Assembly: GCA_964502925.1 (NCBI GenBank)
Contig: CAZCYH010000008.1
Span: forward strand, 4,185-68,184
Source: an uncultured Leptospira sp.
GTDB taxonomy: Bacteria; Spirochaetota; UBA4802; JAGODF01
Length of the DNA stretch: 64,000 nucleotides
Direction of reading: 5' to 3'
Position numbers and translations under genes: made by a program. Under the pieces are notes generated by a model. The model searched no databases and was not told the origin of the DNA. It was given only the letters and a program-made list of their open reading frames with translations. Below are positions 17,806 through 26,620 of the stretch, piece by piece. The first letter of the stretch is position 1; every line of letters starts with the position of its first letter.

Positions 17806-18681
17806 TTATTTCCGATCGTTCTTATATATTGGAATAAAGAGAGATTCGCCAAATGTTTTTTTCCCGAATTGGGCGATGATGTTTTGTGCTCCTGGTGAAA
17901 ACAGGTAGTCTGCGAATAATTGTGCTTCCTTCGATCTGATACGAGGAAACCGGGTCGGATTGATTTCAATAACAGAATATTCATTGAATAGCATTTCTTC
18001 GTTTTCCCACACAATTGTAAGGGATAGATTTCTTTTAAGAACAGCCCAGGTTGCTGAATCGGTCAGCGTATAGCCGTTTTTTTCCGATGCAATCGAAAGA
18101 GTTTCTCCCATGCCCAAACCCGTTTCCTGATACCATGTACGACCATCAGGCATTATAGCAGCTTTTTTCCAGATTTCGCGCTCCGCATAATGCGTGCCGG
18201 AATTATCTCCGCGGGAAATGAAAATCGCTTCCTTCTGGATGATTGCGCGGAATGCATCGGTTGGCGTAATTGCGCGGTGTATCTGTGCAGGATCATTCGG
18301 AGGGCCGACGATTATAAAAGAATTTTTCATCAATCCCCGGCGTCGGATTCCATAGCCCTCATTCATGAAGCGCTCTTCTTCGGCTGGCGAATGTGCAAGG
18401 AGAATATCGGCTTCGCCGCGCTTTCCGAGAGCCATGGCTTTGCCTGATCCAACCGCAATCACTTTTACCCTGATGCCGTGTTCCTGTTCAAAAGGGGGAA
18501 TGAGTTCATCCAGAATACCACTGTCCTGCACGCTGGTGGTGGTAGCAAGTATGATGGAAGGCTTTTTCGTGCAGGAGCAAAATGCGATCGAAGTAATAAA
18601 TAGTGCACCGAAAGCAATTATATGACGCAAATAGGGAACACGGGAAAATTCAATATGTGTAGCGCCGTGGCTGGTGTTCAT
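17806..18681 (-). CDS. tupA: Periplasmic oxyanion-binding protein, TupA-like (tungstate/molybdate)
   Basis: 291 aa. Signal peptide/lipobox (FCSC). The mature protein has the TTTSVQDSGILDEL block characteristic of TupA-type tungstate binders. PBP fold look (…VIAVGSGKAMALGKRGEADILLAHSP…). Confidence 0.7.
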   Translation of the reverse strand: MNTSHGATHIEFSRVPYLRHIIAFGALFITSIAFCSCTKKPSIILATTTSVQDSGILDELIPPFEQEHGIRVKVIAVGSGKAMALGKRGEADILLAHSPAEEERFMNEGYGIRRRGLMKNSFIIVGPPNDPAQIHRAITPTDAFRAIIQKEAIFISRGDNSGTHYAEREIWKKAAIMPDGRTWYQETGLGMGETLSIASEKNGYTLTDSATWAVLKRNLSLTIVWENEEMLFNEYSVIEINPTRFPRIRSKEAQLFADYLFSPGAQNIIAQFGKKTFGESLFIPIYKNDRK

Positions 18682-18880
18682 ATAACAACCTTGAGATTAA
18701 AGGAATATACCTATGATGTGACTTTTTTATGTCAAGAGATTTCGATGATGCTACAGGTTACTTCAATTGCGTAAAAAATTACACTGCACTGACGATAATA
18801 AAAACGCTTTACAGTTCGCACAATCGTATGCATAATGATCGTACATGGGAAACTGCCATATCAACGAAAAGGAAACGATA

Positions 18881-19630
18881 ATGAAAATAACATCGATAGC
18901 GCGCGCAACGTTTGTGTGTGGAATTACCGTCTTTGTGCTGATTGTGGTAATGGCTTCTGTTGGCGGCAATCCACGCCCCGCGGTTTTTCCGAACGCACAT
19001 GGCTATACCGCAGCGATGTATTGGTTTGAACGCGTGGAAAGCGTGCAGGATCTTTTTTTCGCGCTCGGTAAGGCGGGGACTGCCGAAGGTATGCGCATAC
19101 GACAGGCAATGGATGCCGTCAATACAATCGATTTTGCGTTTATGATTGCCTATTCGGCTTTTTTTGCGTCCCTCTACCTGTTATTTTCATTGCGCGTGAA
19201 GCATAAGGATGCACGGATCTCTTTTAACAATATCTGGATGATTGCTGGCATTGTTTTGTCGATTCTCATGCTTTTTGGCGATATTTTCGAAAACATCCAG
19301 TTGTTGAAGCTCACGAAATTCTCAAACGAAGCGGAAGTGGATATCAATGTCATTGCGCATCTGATGTTTTTCACAAGGCTAAAGTGGTTTGCAATTTTTT
19401 TTGCAAGCATCGGCTTTTCTATACTCTGCGCGATTTCCGCATGGCATAACCGTTGGTGGTATCTGCTTTCGCTTGTCTATGTCGCATCAGGCGTCATCGG
19501 GTTTATGTCGTTCTTTGTGCCGGGATATGCCGCCTGGCTTGAACTTTCTGCAAATGTGATGGGTGCGGGATGGCTGATTTCAACACTTCACGCGGGTTAT
19601 GTTGCGCTGAGAAAAAATGCGAAACTATAG
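18881..19630 (+). CDS. Hypothetical polytopic membrane protein
   Basis: ATG 18881 with an AAGGAAA RBS (the track ORF starts at 18845). About 6 hydrophobic helices. No recognisable family. Confidence 0.5.
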   Translation: MKITSIARATFVCGITVFVLIVVMASVGGNPRPAVFPNAHGYTAAMYWFERVESVQDLFFALGKAGTAEGMRIRQAMDAVNTIDFAFMIAYSAFFASLYLLFSLRVKHKDARISFNNIWMIAGIVLSILMLFGDIFENIQLLKLTKFSNEAEVDINVIAHLMFFTRLKWFAIFFASIGFSILCAISAWHNRWWYLLSLVYVASGVIGFMSFFVPGYAAWLELSANVMGAGWLISTLHAGYVALRKNAKL

Positions 19631-19653
19631 CAGCATCGGATTCATCATAGAAA

Positions 19654-20826
19654 TCACGCATGCTGCGATTCAATAAGCCTTCTGAAATATCTGCAGTTTT
19701 CAACCAGGTCATTGCTGTGCCGGAAAAGTCCGCCGCCCACTAAATAGATGACATCATCTCCGTAAAGCTGTAGCATTTCAGGAATACGTTCCATCGTCAT
19801 GCCGCCGCCAGGGGTGGGAAAAATTGGCCGCATGCTTCCAAGCTCTTCGGTGCATGCACGCACAATTGCCGCACAGTCCTTGCGGCTGAAAGAAAATCGT
19901 CCCCCGAAGTTCGGGTAGATGGTGGCATCGGCGCCTGCGATGCGGCACAGAGTTCCGAACAGGCAGGAGGGCGAGATGCCGTTTTGGTTGATTGCAAATG
20001 ATCCCACAAATGCAGGATGCGCAATCAGGGGAAGCTCGATCTTTTCATGGGCGGCTAGCATGCGCATGGCATCGAAACCGACAAGTCCAGGTGCAATTAA
20101 AAGTGCGCCTGCGCCATATTCCTTCGCAAACATTGCGCGCTCAAGTAGTTCGTCGCACGGTGCGGTGATATTCGGCGCGTAGATGGCATTGCCCCCTGTT
20201 TTTGCATTCGCGTTATAAATCGATTCGGCGCAGCGGGAGACGCGCTCTTTGAAGCAGGCAAAGGGCTGATTGGTAAGCCCGTGATCGTCCTTGATGATAT
20301 CGATGCCGCCAAGCGCGAATTGGTAGGCAAGCTCAGCCAATCCTTTCGATGAAAGCCCCATGGGTTTGAGTGCGGTGGCAAGCAGCTGCCCTGATTGGCG
20401 ATGCAACATATTTCGCAAGCCTGAAATTCCGAATCGCGGACCGGTGAACATTTTCAAAAGCGCCGGTGGAAGCTCTACGCGTTCAAGCCGTATGCCGGGT
20501 TTGAGGCTGATATTCCCGAAAAGTACGTTTAGAAGTTGTGTGAACTCGCACGCGGTAATATCGACGGAAAAGCTTATGAGCGCATAATACGCACCATCTA
20601 TTTGTTCAAAGCGTTCGATGCGTCCAAATACTGAATTGCGGATAAAACCGTTCGGAATGAGATCTTCTGGAAATTCAATCGTCTGCTTAATGCAGATATC
20701 CGCAGCGTGTTCGCGCGCTTCGTGCTCGTTGCCGGCAAGGCGATAGAGTGCAAAAAAGCGTTCCGTGGAATCACTGGAAACAGTGTGTGCGGCAATGAAC
20801 TCGTGAAAGAACTCTTTGCTGTTCAC
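19654..20826 (-). CDS. RubisCO large-subunit-like protein (form IV RLP-type; KDDH instead of KDDE)
   Basis: 390 aa. RubisCO large-chain blocks: LKPMGLSSKG (cf. KPKLGLS), GGIDIIKDDH (cf. GGLDFTKDDE; the carbamylated Lys and Asp are kept, but Glu is replaced by His), LIAHPAF (cf. HIHRAMHAV; Arg295 replaced), and LVGGGLFRHSND (cf. GGGTLGHPWG). The start overlaps the upstream transketolase-C stop by 4 nt. Confidence 0.85.
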   Translation of the reverse strand: MNSKEFFHEFIAAHTVSSDSTERFFALYRLAGNEHEAREHAADICIKQTIEFPEDLIPNGFIRNSVFGRIERFEQIDGAYYALISFSVDITACEFTQLLNVLFGNISLKPGIRLERVELPPALLKMFTGPRFGISGLRNMLHRQSGQLLATALKPMGLSSKGLAELAYQFALGGIDIIKDDHGLTNQPFACFKERVSRCAESIYNANAKTGGNAIYAPNITAPCDELLERAMFAKEYGAGALLIAPGLVGFDAMRMLAAHEKIELPLIAHPAFVGSFAINQNGISPSCLFGTLCRIAGADATIYPNFGGRFSFSRKDCAAIVRACTEELGSMRPIFPTPGGGMTMERIPEMLQLYGDDVIYLVGGGLFRHSNDLVENCRYFRRLIESQHA

Positions 20827-21830
20827 AGCGCCTCGGCGTTTACGCTTCCCGATATTTCAGAAAGGCGGATTTCAGCAAGCTCGTCTTCAGTGATGCGAAA
20901 AGATGCGCCAAGTATTGCTTCGATGTTGCGTACAAGTGCCATTGCGTCGAGGCCGTATTCTTTTTTCAAATAGGGCAGGCTTGCGCCGTGGGCGAAGGTA
21001 TCACGCAGTCCGATGCGCACGAGCTTTTTGCCGATGCCATGCTCGGCCATCATTTCCGCAACGGCGCTTCCAAGTCCGCCGATGGTGGTATGATTTTCCA
21101 TGGTGATGACGCCACAGCGCGCCTTATCGATTGCGTCTAATACGAGTGGATCATTGAATGGTTTCAGCGTGGCGATGTGCAGATGGGAAATTGAAACGCC
21201 GCGAAGTTTGAGTGCCTCTGTTGCACGCAGCGCCTCTTCCGTGCAGATGCCCGAAGAAAAGAGTGCAATGTCGCTGCCGCGCGAGATGACGCGCGCTTTA
21301 CCGAAGATGAGGGGATTGTCGTCACCGAAAAGCTTTGGTATTTCACCGCGCAGCATTCGGACATACACTGGTCCTTGAATGGATGCGGCTACATCCAGAA
21401 TCGTTTTGACATCGGTAGCGTCACCAGTTTCAAGCACAGTCATGTTGGGAAGAGAACGCATTACTGCAATGTCTTCAATTGCCTGATGCGTCGCTCCGCC
21501 CGGGGTGGTAATGCCAGGAAGAAAGCCGAACATTTTGACGGGAAGATTCGGATACGCGACCGACATTGCAATCTGATCAAACGCGCGGCGATAGATAAAC
21601 ACCGCGAAGGTATGTACCAGCGGCAAAAATCCCTCGCGCGCCAATCCCCCCGCAAATGAAAGCATATTCTGCTCGGCAATGCCCATGGAAAGAAAGCGAT
21701 CGGGATAGGTCTCGCGAAAAAGGTCGATTTCAGTGGAACTCGTGAGATCGGCCGAAAGTACCAGCGCTTCGGGATGATCTTTCGCCCATTTAACTAAATT
21801 TTTCGCATGTACTTTGCTTGCAATTTCCAT
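20823..21830 (-). CDS. Transketolase, C-terminal subunit (split transketolase)
   Basis: 335 aa. Pyrimidine-binding/C-terminal domain blocks (GIAEQNMLSFAGGLAREGFLPLVHTFAVF; PGITTPGGATHQAIEDIAVMRSLPNMTVL). Confidence 0.85.
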   Translation of the reverse strand: MEIASKVHAKNLVKWAKDHPEALVLSADLTSSTEIDLFRETYPDRFLSMGIAEQNMLSFAGGLAREGFLPLVHTFAVFIYRRAFDQIAMSVAYPNLPVKMFGFLPGITTPGGATHQAIEDIAVMRSLPNMTVLETGDATDVKTILDVAASIQGPVYVRMLRGEIPKLFGDDNPLIFGKARVISRGSDIALFSSGICTEEALRATEALKLRGVSISHLHIATLKPFNDPLVLDAIDKARCGVITMENHTTIGGLGSAVAEMMAEHGIGKKLVRIGLRDTFAHGASLPYLKKEYGLDAMALVRNIEAILGASFRITEDELAEIRLSEISGSVNAEAL

Positions 21831-21835
21831 GATAA

Positions 21836-22771
21836 TTATTCAATAGTATTAAAAAATGAAAGCTTTTGCTCGAACTCTTTTCGCTCCTGTTCGGATGAAA
21901 AGCGCACGTAGTGAAATTTCGGCGCGCGCGACCGCAAAAACTCCATATCCCTGCACGGATCGGTATCGCACAGCACGATTGTGGGTTTATCATCCGCGAT
22001 GCGTGTGCCGCATTCGATGAGTTTATCGATATTATGCCCGTCAATTCTAAACACGCGCATGCCGAACGCTTCAAGCCGTGTGTGCAATGGCTCAATGTTC
22101 ATCACATGTTCAACCCTGCCATCGCACTGGTGGCCGTTGATATCGACAAAGATGAGTATGTTGTGAAGCTTGTGAAAGACAATTGCCTGAATTGCTTCCC
22201 ATGTCTGGCCAATCTGAAATTCGCCATCGGACATAAAGAGCACATTTCGGCCTGTTTCTCCTTTGCGCTTCCGCGCCATGGCGATACCAGCAACCTGGCT
22301 GATTCCCTGGCCGAGAGAGCCGGTCATGATTTCCATTCCCGGCGAATGTTCCGCGCCGATCATCTCTAAAATGCCGCCGTCGCGGTTGAATTCTTCGAGT
22401 GCGTGTTCATCCATGCGTCCGGCTTCGATGAGCGCGGCGTACATCACAAGTGAATATTGCGACGGCGAAAGATAAAATCGGTCGAGTTCTGGCGATTTGT
22501 TGCCGTGGAATGCCGCGCCGGTTTTGTACTGCGGATTGGAATTGCCCGGCACGCCGGGGAATTTCCATGGAGCAAGCGCCATATCGAGTGGTGATAACCG
22601 AAGAATGGCGCCGTACAGCGAGGCAAAAATTTCGGCGGAAGAACATGCCTGGCATAAATAGCCGCCGTTGTTTTTAACAGTATGTTCAAGCACGCGGCGA
22701 CGTATTCCCTGCGCCATTTGAGAAATGCGAGAGGTTTTCATTTGCAGATGGTGTGATGATGAAGCATTCAT
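21836..22771 (-). CDS. Transketolase, N-terminal (TPP-binding) subunit (split transketolase)
   Basis: 311 aa. TPP-binding blocks (GGYLCQACSSAEIFASLY; GSLGQGISQVAGIAMARK; FMSDGEFQIGQTWEA). A 5-nt gap separates it from the C-terminal subunit gene. Confidence 0.85.
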   Translation of the reverse strand: MNASSSHHLQMKTSRISQMAQGIRRRVLEHTVKNNGGYLCQACSSAEIFASLYGAILRLSPLDMALAPWKFPGVPGNSNPQYKTGAAFHGNKSPELDRFYLSPSQYSLVMYAALIEAGRMDEHALEEFNRDGGILEMIGAEHSPGMEIMTGSLGQGISQVAGIAMARKRKGETGRNVLFMSDGEFQIGQTWEAIQAIVFHKLHNILIFVDINGHQCDGRVEHVMNIEPLHTRLEAFGMRVFRIDGHNIDKLIECGTRIADDKPTIVLCDTDPCRDMEFLRSRAPKFHYVRFSSEQERKEFEQKLSFFNTIE

Positions 22772-22923
22772 ATTAATGCGGCAGATTAAAAATACTTTGA
22801 TATGAAATCAAGTGAAAATCATTTTGTATTTAGCAGTGATGAATGGCAAACAAAAAAAGATTGAAAAATATCCATAAGATGCACAGGCTGTTTTTAGGTT
22901 AAATTATGCAATAGGAATTTGAT

Positions 22924-23772
22924 ATGCCAGAAATAAAAAAACAGGCAATTGGCGATGTTTCAATCGATTATTTAGATTATCCCGCTGATGGACCCACTGT
23001 CGTCATGCTGCATGCCACCGGTTTTCTGCCGTGGCTCTGGCATCCTATCGCGCGCGAACTGCAGAAAAATTTCAGAGTGATCGCGCCATATTTTTGCGAT
23101 CAGCGGCACGCCGAGCCGGAAGAGGGCCTGGAATGGATGCTCATTGCCGATGACCTGTGCGCCTTCTGCCGGGAGTTAAATATCGAAAGACCTTTATTGG
23201 TGGGCCATTCGATGGGCGCTACTGTCATGACGCTTGCCGAAGCCATGCACGGGCCGGTTGCGAGTAAAATGATTCTCATTGAGCCTATATTCCTTCCGCA
23301 AGATTTATATAGAATTAATATCACAATTGAACAGCATCCGCTGGCCGCAAAATCCATAAAGCGCAAGAATTTCTGGCACAATCGCGAGGAAGCAAGAGCA
23401 TATTTGCACTCAAAAAAAATCTTCAAAAAGTGGACGGATGAGATGCTCGATCTGTATATTGAATATGGAATGGTGGAAGGAGAAACTGGAGGACTTACGC
23501 TTGCGTGTCATCCGCGGCGCGAAGCAGCACTTTTCATGGGTTCGACGAAGTATGATCCCTGGCCACTCCTTTCGAAGGTACAGTGCCCGGTGTTGGTGCT
23601 CGAGGGGGAGGAGAGCGAAAATCGTGCATTTATTGATTTAAAAAAGGCTGTTTCCATGTTTCCACATGGTGCATACCGTATGATTTCAGGATCAGGGCAT
23701 TTAATTCCGATGGAAAAACCGGAAGAGATTATTGCAATAATTTTGGGTTTCGCAACAGATAGTGCGATATAA
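22924..23772 (+). CDS. Alpha/beta-hydrolase fold protein
   Basis: 282 aa. Nucleophile elbow VGHSMGA, HG oxyanion-hole region (VVMLHATGF), and a C-terminal GSGHLIPMEKPEE block with the His. Confidence 0.75.
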   Translation: MPEIKKQAIGDVSIDYLDYPADGPTVVMLHATGFLPWLWHPIARELQKNFRVIAPYFCDQRHAEPEEGLEWMLIADDLCAFCRELNIERPLLVGHSMGATVMTLAEAMHGPVASKMILIEPIFLPQDLYRINITIEQHPLAAKSIKRKNFWHNREEARAYLHSKKIFKKWTDEMLDLYIEYGMVEGETGGLTLACHPRREAALFMGSTKYDPWPLLSKVQCPVLVLEGEESENRAFIDLKKAVSMFPHGAYRMISGSGHLIPMEKPEEIIAIILGFATDSAI

Positions 23773-23848
23773 GGCCATTGGAGTCTGGCAAAAAAGGGAT
23801 GTGCTGCCATGCACAAGTTGCCGATATTGGAGTATGAAGGTTTAGAAC

Positions 23849-24682
23849 ATGCCTGCGGACAACAACATTAGAAATACGCTCGTTGAGATTGAAAGCGCGG
23901 TATATGCGGCGCTCTTATATGATTTTTTGGAGCCGGAGAAAATTGAAAAATCAATCAAGGCGGTTGATGATCTTTTGAAAAGTAGTGATTCTCTGAACCT
24001 CTGCGAAAATTATTTCAAATCTTCTGGCGAGGGAAATGTCCTGTATTTTATTTCAAATATTCTTTACAATCTTAAAACTAAAAGCCAACTCGTGCTTACG
24101 CCGGACGTGCTTAAATGGCTTGGTAGTGTGTGGAAAAATTTTTTAAGCAGAAACAAGGTGTATCAGGAGCAATTCACGTTTTTTAAAGACCAGAAGTCGA
24201 AGTTCGAAAAGTATTTTGGAACAGGGGGGCTGGTCCACAAGATCGACAATGTGCATGTTGTGACGCAGGATTTTCTGGTGGAATCGGAAGATGAAAATAC
24301 GCCGCTACGAAAGCTCGAACGATTTTACAAGACATTTGCAGAAATTATGTCGTGGATGAAGCCTACCTACTACTTCATGCTCGATTATTATTATGAATGG
24401 CAGTCTCGCAGCTCAACAAGCGTGAATGAAAATCTTCAAAAAAAACTCGAAACCTTAAAAGTTTTTGGGTATGAAGGATATACCTATGGAGCCATTGCAA
24501 ATGCCGTCTGTCAGTCGCTGGCAATTCTTGAGGCCATGTATTTGGTTTTGAAAAAAAAGAAGACCTCGAGGCAGATTTTCAGCATCGATGGCAAAAGCCG
24601 CCTTCTTTCGATCTCCGAAATATACGATGTCTACCGCGATAAATTTTTAGAAGCACAAAACGAGCTTGCCCGCTTAAAATAA
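23849..24682 (+). CDS. Hypothetical protein (AT-rich, K/F/Y-rich; no recognisable domain)
   Basis: 277-aa ORF with a clean frame. Its composition is visibly more AT-rich than neighbouring genes. It is followed by a strong structured terminator region. Confidence 0.5.
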   Translation: MPADNNIRNTLVEIESAVYAALLYDFLEPEKIEKSIKAVDDLLKSSDSLNLCENYFKSSGEGNVLYFISNILYNLKTKSQLVLTPDVLKWLGSVWKNFLSRNKVYQEQFTFFKDQKSKFEKYFGTGGLVHKIDNVHVVTQDFLVESEDENTPLRKLERFYKTFAEIMSWMKPTYYFMLDYYYEWQSRSSTSVNENLQKKLETLKVFGYEGYTYGAIANAVCQSLAILEAMYLVLKKKKTSRQIFSIDGKSRLLSISEIYDVYRDKFLEAQNELARLK

Positions 24683-24708
24683 GGGAACTTCTAAAAACTG
24701 TTTTAAAG

Positions 24709-24812
24709 GCTGTGCCCTTGTGGGCACAATATATAGGTAAAAACCGCTTTCTTTTGATACTAATTTTAAGGATGAAAGCGGTTTTTAGAGGTGCCCATAA
24801 TATATTTTTTTG
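24709..24812 (+). terminator. Compound stem-loop / intrinsic terminator-like structure downstream of the 23849-24682 gene
   Basis: A perfect hairpin TGTGCCC-TTGT-GGGCACA sits at 24711-24728. A 13-bp stem AAAAACCGCTTTC…GAAAGCGGTTTTT (24740-24785) follows. Then GTGCCC (24791-24796), which can alternatively pair with GGGCAC (24722-24727), is followed by a T-run ATAATATATTTTTTTGTTTTTG. Confidence 0.35.
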
Positions 24813-25038
24813 TTTTTGATTAATTTGCAACTTTACTGCGAATAAAACCCATCCGAGCTTATTATTAATGTCACATAACGATTTTCGTCATTTTCGATAT
24901 AAAATTTTTGGTTTATAATAAAAAATTACTTGTTTATGATTGAATATAATATAATTCTTTATTACATTTTTCATGCGATTGTATATTAATCATAATGAAC
25001 AAATGTAAAAAAAATCAAAACAGGGCAAGGGTAGGGAA

Positions 25039-26547
25039 ATGGCGGCTTCTGTGATTGCGCAGAAAACATCTCAGTTGTCGGAAAAATTCGATGCTGGGGA
25101 ACCGGTTGTTTTAAGCTTTTATTATCATAACAAGTTCAATGTACAATTTTTAAACTCGTTCATCACGAAAATTCTTTCGCGCAACAATATGCTGTACCTG
25201 CGTGATACGATTCTTTCCGTGCTCAAAGAGCTGATTGTGAACGCGGTGAAAGCAAATTCGAAACGTTTGTTCTTCTCCTCTCAGAATCTCAATGTGAAAG
25301 ACATACACGATTATACCGAAGGCATGAAGGATTTCAAAGCCTATATAATCGATAAGAAATCTCTCATAGAAGATGAACTTCGCAACAGCGATTTGCGCGT
25401 AAAGGTCTATTTCAAAAAGAATGACGGTGAATTTCAGATTTTCGTGCGCAACGATTGTAGTATGCTTCCTGATGAAGCCGAGCGGGTCAGATCGCGGATC
25501 GAAAAAGCCAAGCAATACAGCGATTTTGCCGAAGTGTACGAAGATATGACTGACGATTCCGAGGGCGAGGGCCTCGGTCTTTTGCTTTCGGTGCTTTTTC
25601 TAAAAAATTCCGGCATCAATCCCGATTACCTGAAAATCGTTTCAATGGAAAAGTACACCCAGGCTTCATTCGTTGTTCCAAAAGTTTTAAAGACCGATGC
25701 CCAGAAAACTCGCGTTCAGCTTAAGATCATGGAGGAAGTCGAAGACCTCCCGTCATTTCCTGAAAATATTCTTGAGCTGATCCGCATGTGCAAAAAGAAC
25801 GATGTTTCAATTAAAGAAATTGCAGAAAGGATAATGCAGGATCCCGCTCTCTCCGCATCCGTGCTCAGGCTATCAAACTCTGCAGGGTTTATCACGCGCA
25901 AGCGCATTGACAGCGTTTTTGAAGCTGTCAACATTATCGGATTGAAGAATTTAAATATGATTTTAATCGCTTCGAGTGCCAGAAGCATCATGTCGACCCG
26001 ATACTCATCTTTCAGGGAAGTGTGGAATCACTGCAACCGTGTGGCGTTTTATGCTCGCACTATCGCTCTCCGCAAAGGTTATACAAAGATTGCGGAACAT
26101 GCGTTTTTGGCAGGTCTTTTACATGATCTTGGGAAAATCATTCTCCTCTCGACGACGGCGCGGCTTGCCGAGTGGATTGCCGATATGACAAAAAACCGTG
26201 AAATGCGCACTTCGACGGTGATCGAAGAAATATCCATTGGTATGAGCCATTCCGCAATCGGAGCCGCGGTAGCGGAGAAATGGAACCTTCCGCACTACAT
26301 CATTGAATCGATTAAACAACATCATTCGCCTCTTTGCTCGGATCCGGCGTTTTCCGACATCGTTTTGATAGTTTATATGGCAAATACCATAGCGGGCATA
26401 GAAGCAGGGAAGTATGAATATCCCTATCTCGAAGATGATGTTCTAGAAATGTTCGATCTTCAGGACGAAGGTGCGATTGAAGCCTTCCATGAGGAGATCA
26501 AGCAACAGTACGAGGAACATATGTCAGTTGCCCTCAGCGCCTCATAG
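25039..26547 (+). CDS. Signal-transduction protein with N-terminal GHKL/anti-sigma-factor-like ATPase-like domain and C-terminal HDOD domain
   Basis: 502 aa. The N-terminus has an N-box-like block (LKELIVNAVKANS) and a G-box-like block (DDSEGEGLGL). The middle has HDOD signatures (LPSFPENILELIRMC…IMQDPALSASVLRLSNSAGF…GLLHDLGKIIL). Confidence 0.75.
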   Translation: MAASVIAQKTSQLSEKFDAGEPVVLSFYYHNKFNVQFLNSFITKILSRNNMLYLRDTILSVLKELIVNAVKANSKRLFFSSQNLNVKDIHDYTEGMKDFKAYIIDKKSLIEDELRNSDLRVKVYFKKNDGEFQIFVRNDCSMLPDEAERVRSRIEKAKQYSDFAEVYEDMTDDSEGEGLGLLLSVLFLKNSGINPDYLKIVSMEKYTQASFVVPKVLKTDAQKTRVQLKIMEEVEDLPSFPENILELIRMCKKNDVSIKEIAERIMQDPALSASVLRLSNSAGFITRKRIDSVFEAVNIIGLKNLNMILIASSARSIMSTRYSSFREVWNHCNRVAFYARTIALRKGYTKIAEHAFLAGLLHDLGKIILLSTTARLAEWIADMTKNREMRTSTVIEEISIGMSHSAIGAAVAEKWNLPHYIIESIKQHHSPLCSDPAFSDIVLIVYMANTIAGIEAGKYEYPYLEDDVLEMFDLQDEGAIEAFHEEIKQQYEEHMSVALSAS

Positions 26548-26620
26548 GGCAGCGTAGTCGCGCGGTATCCCGTTTCATAATTTCCCATATTTTCATCAAG
26601 AATTCAGGTCGAGATAATAC

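Noticed and set aside
21911-22369. 152-aa plus-strand ORF
   Set aside because: It is antisense to the transketolase N-terminal subunit gene.
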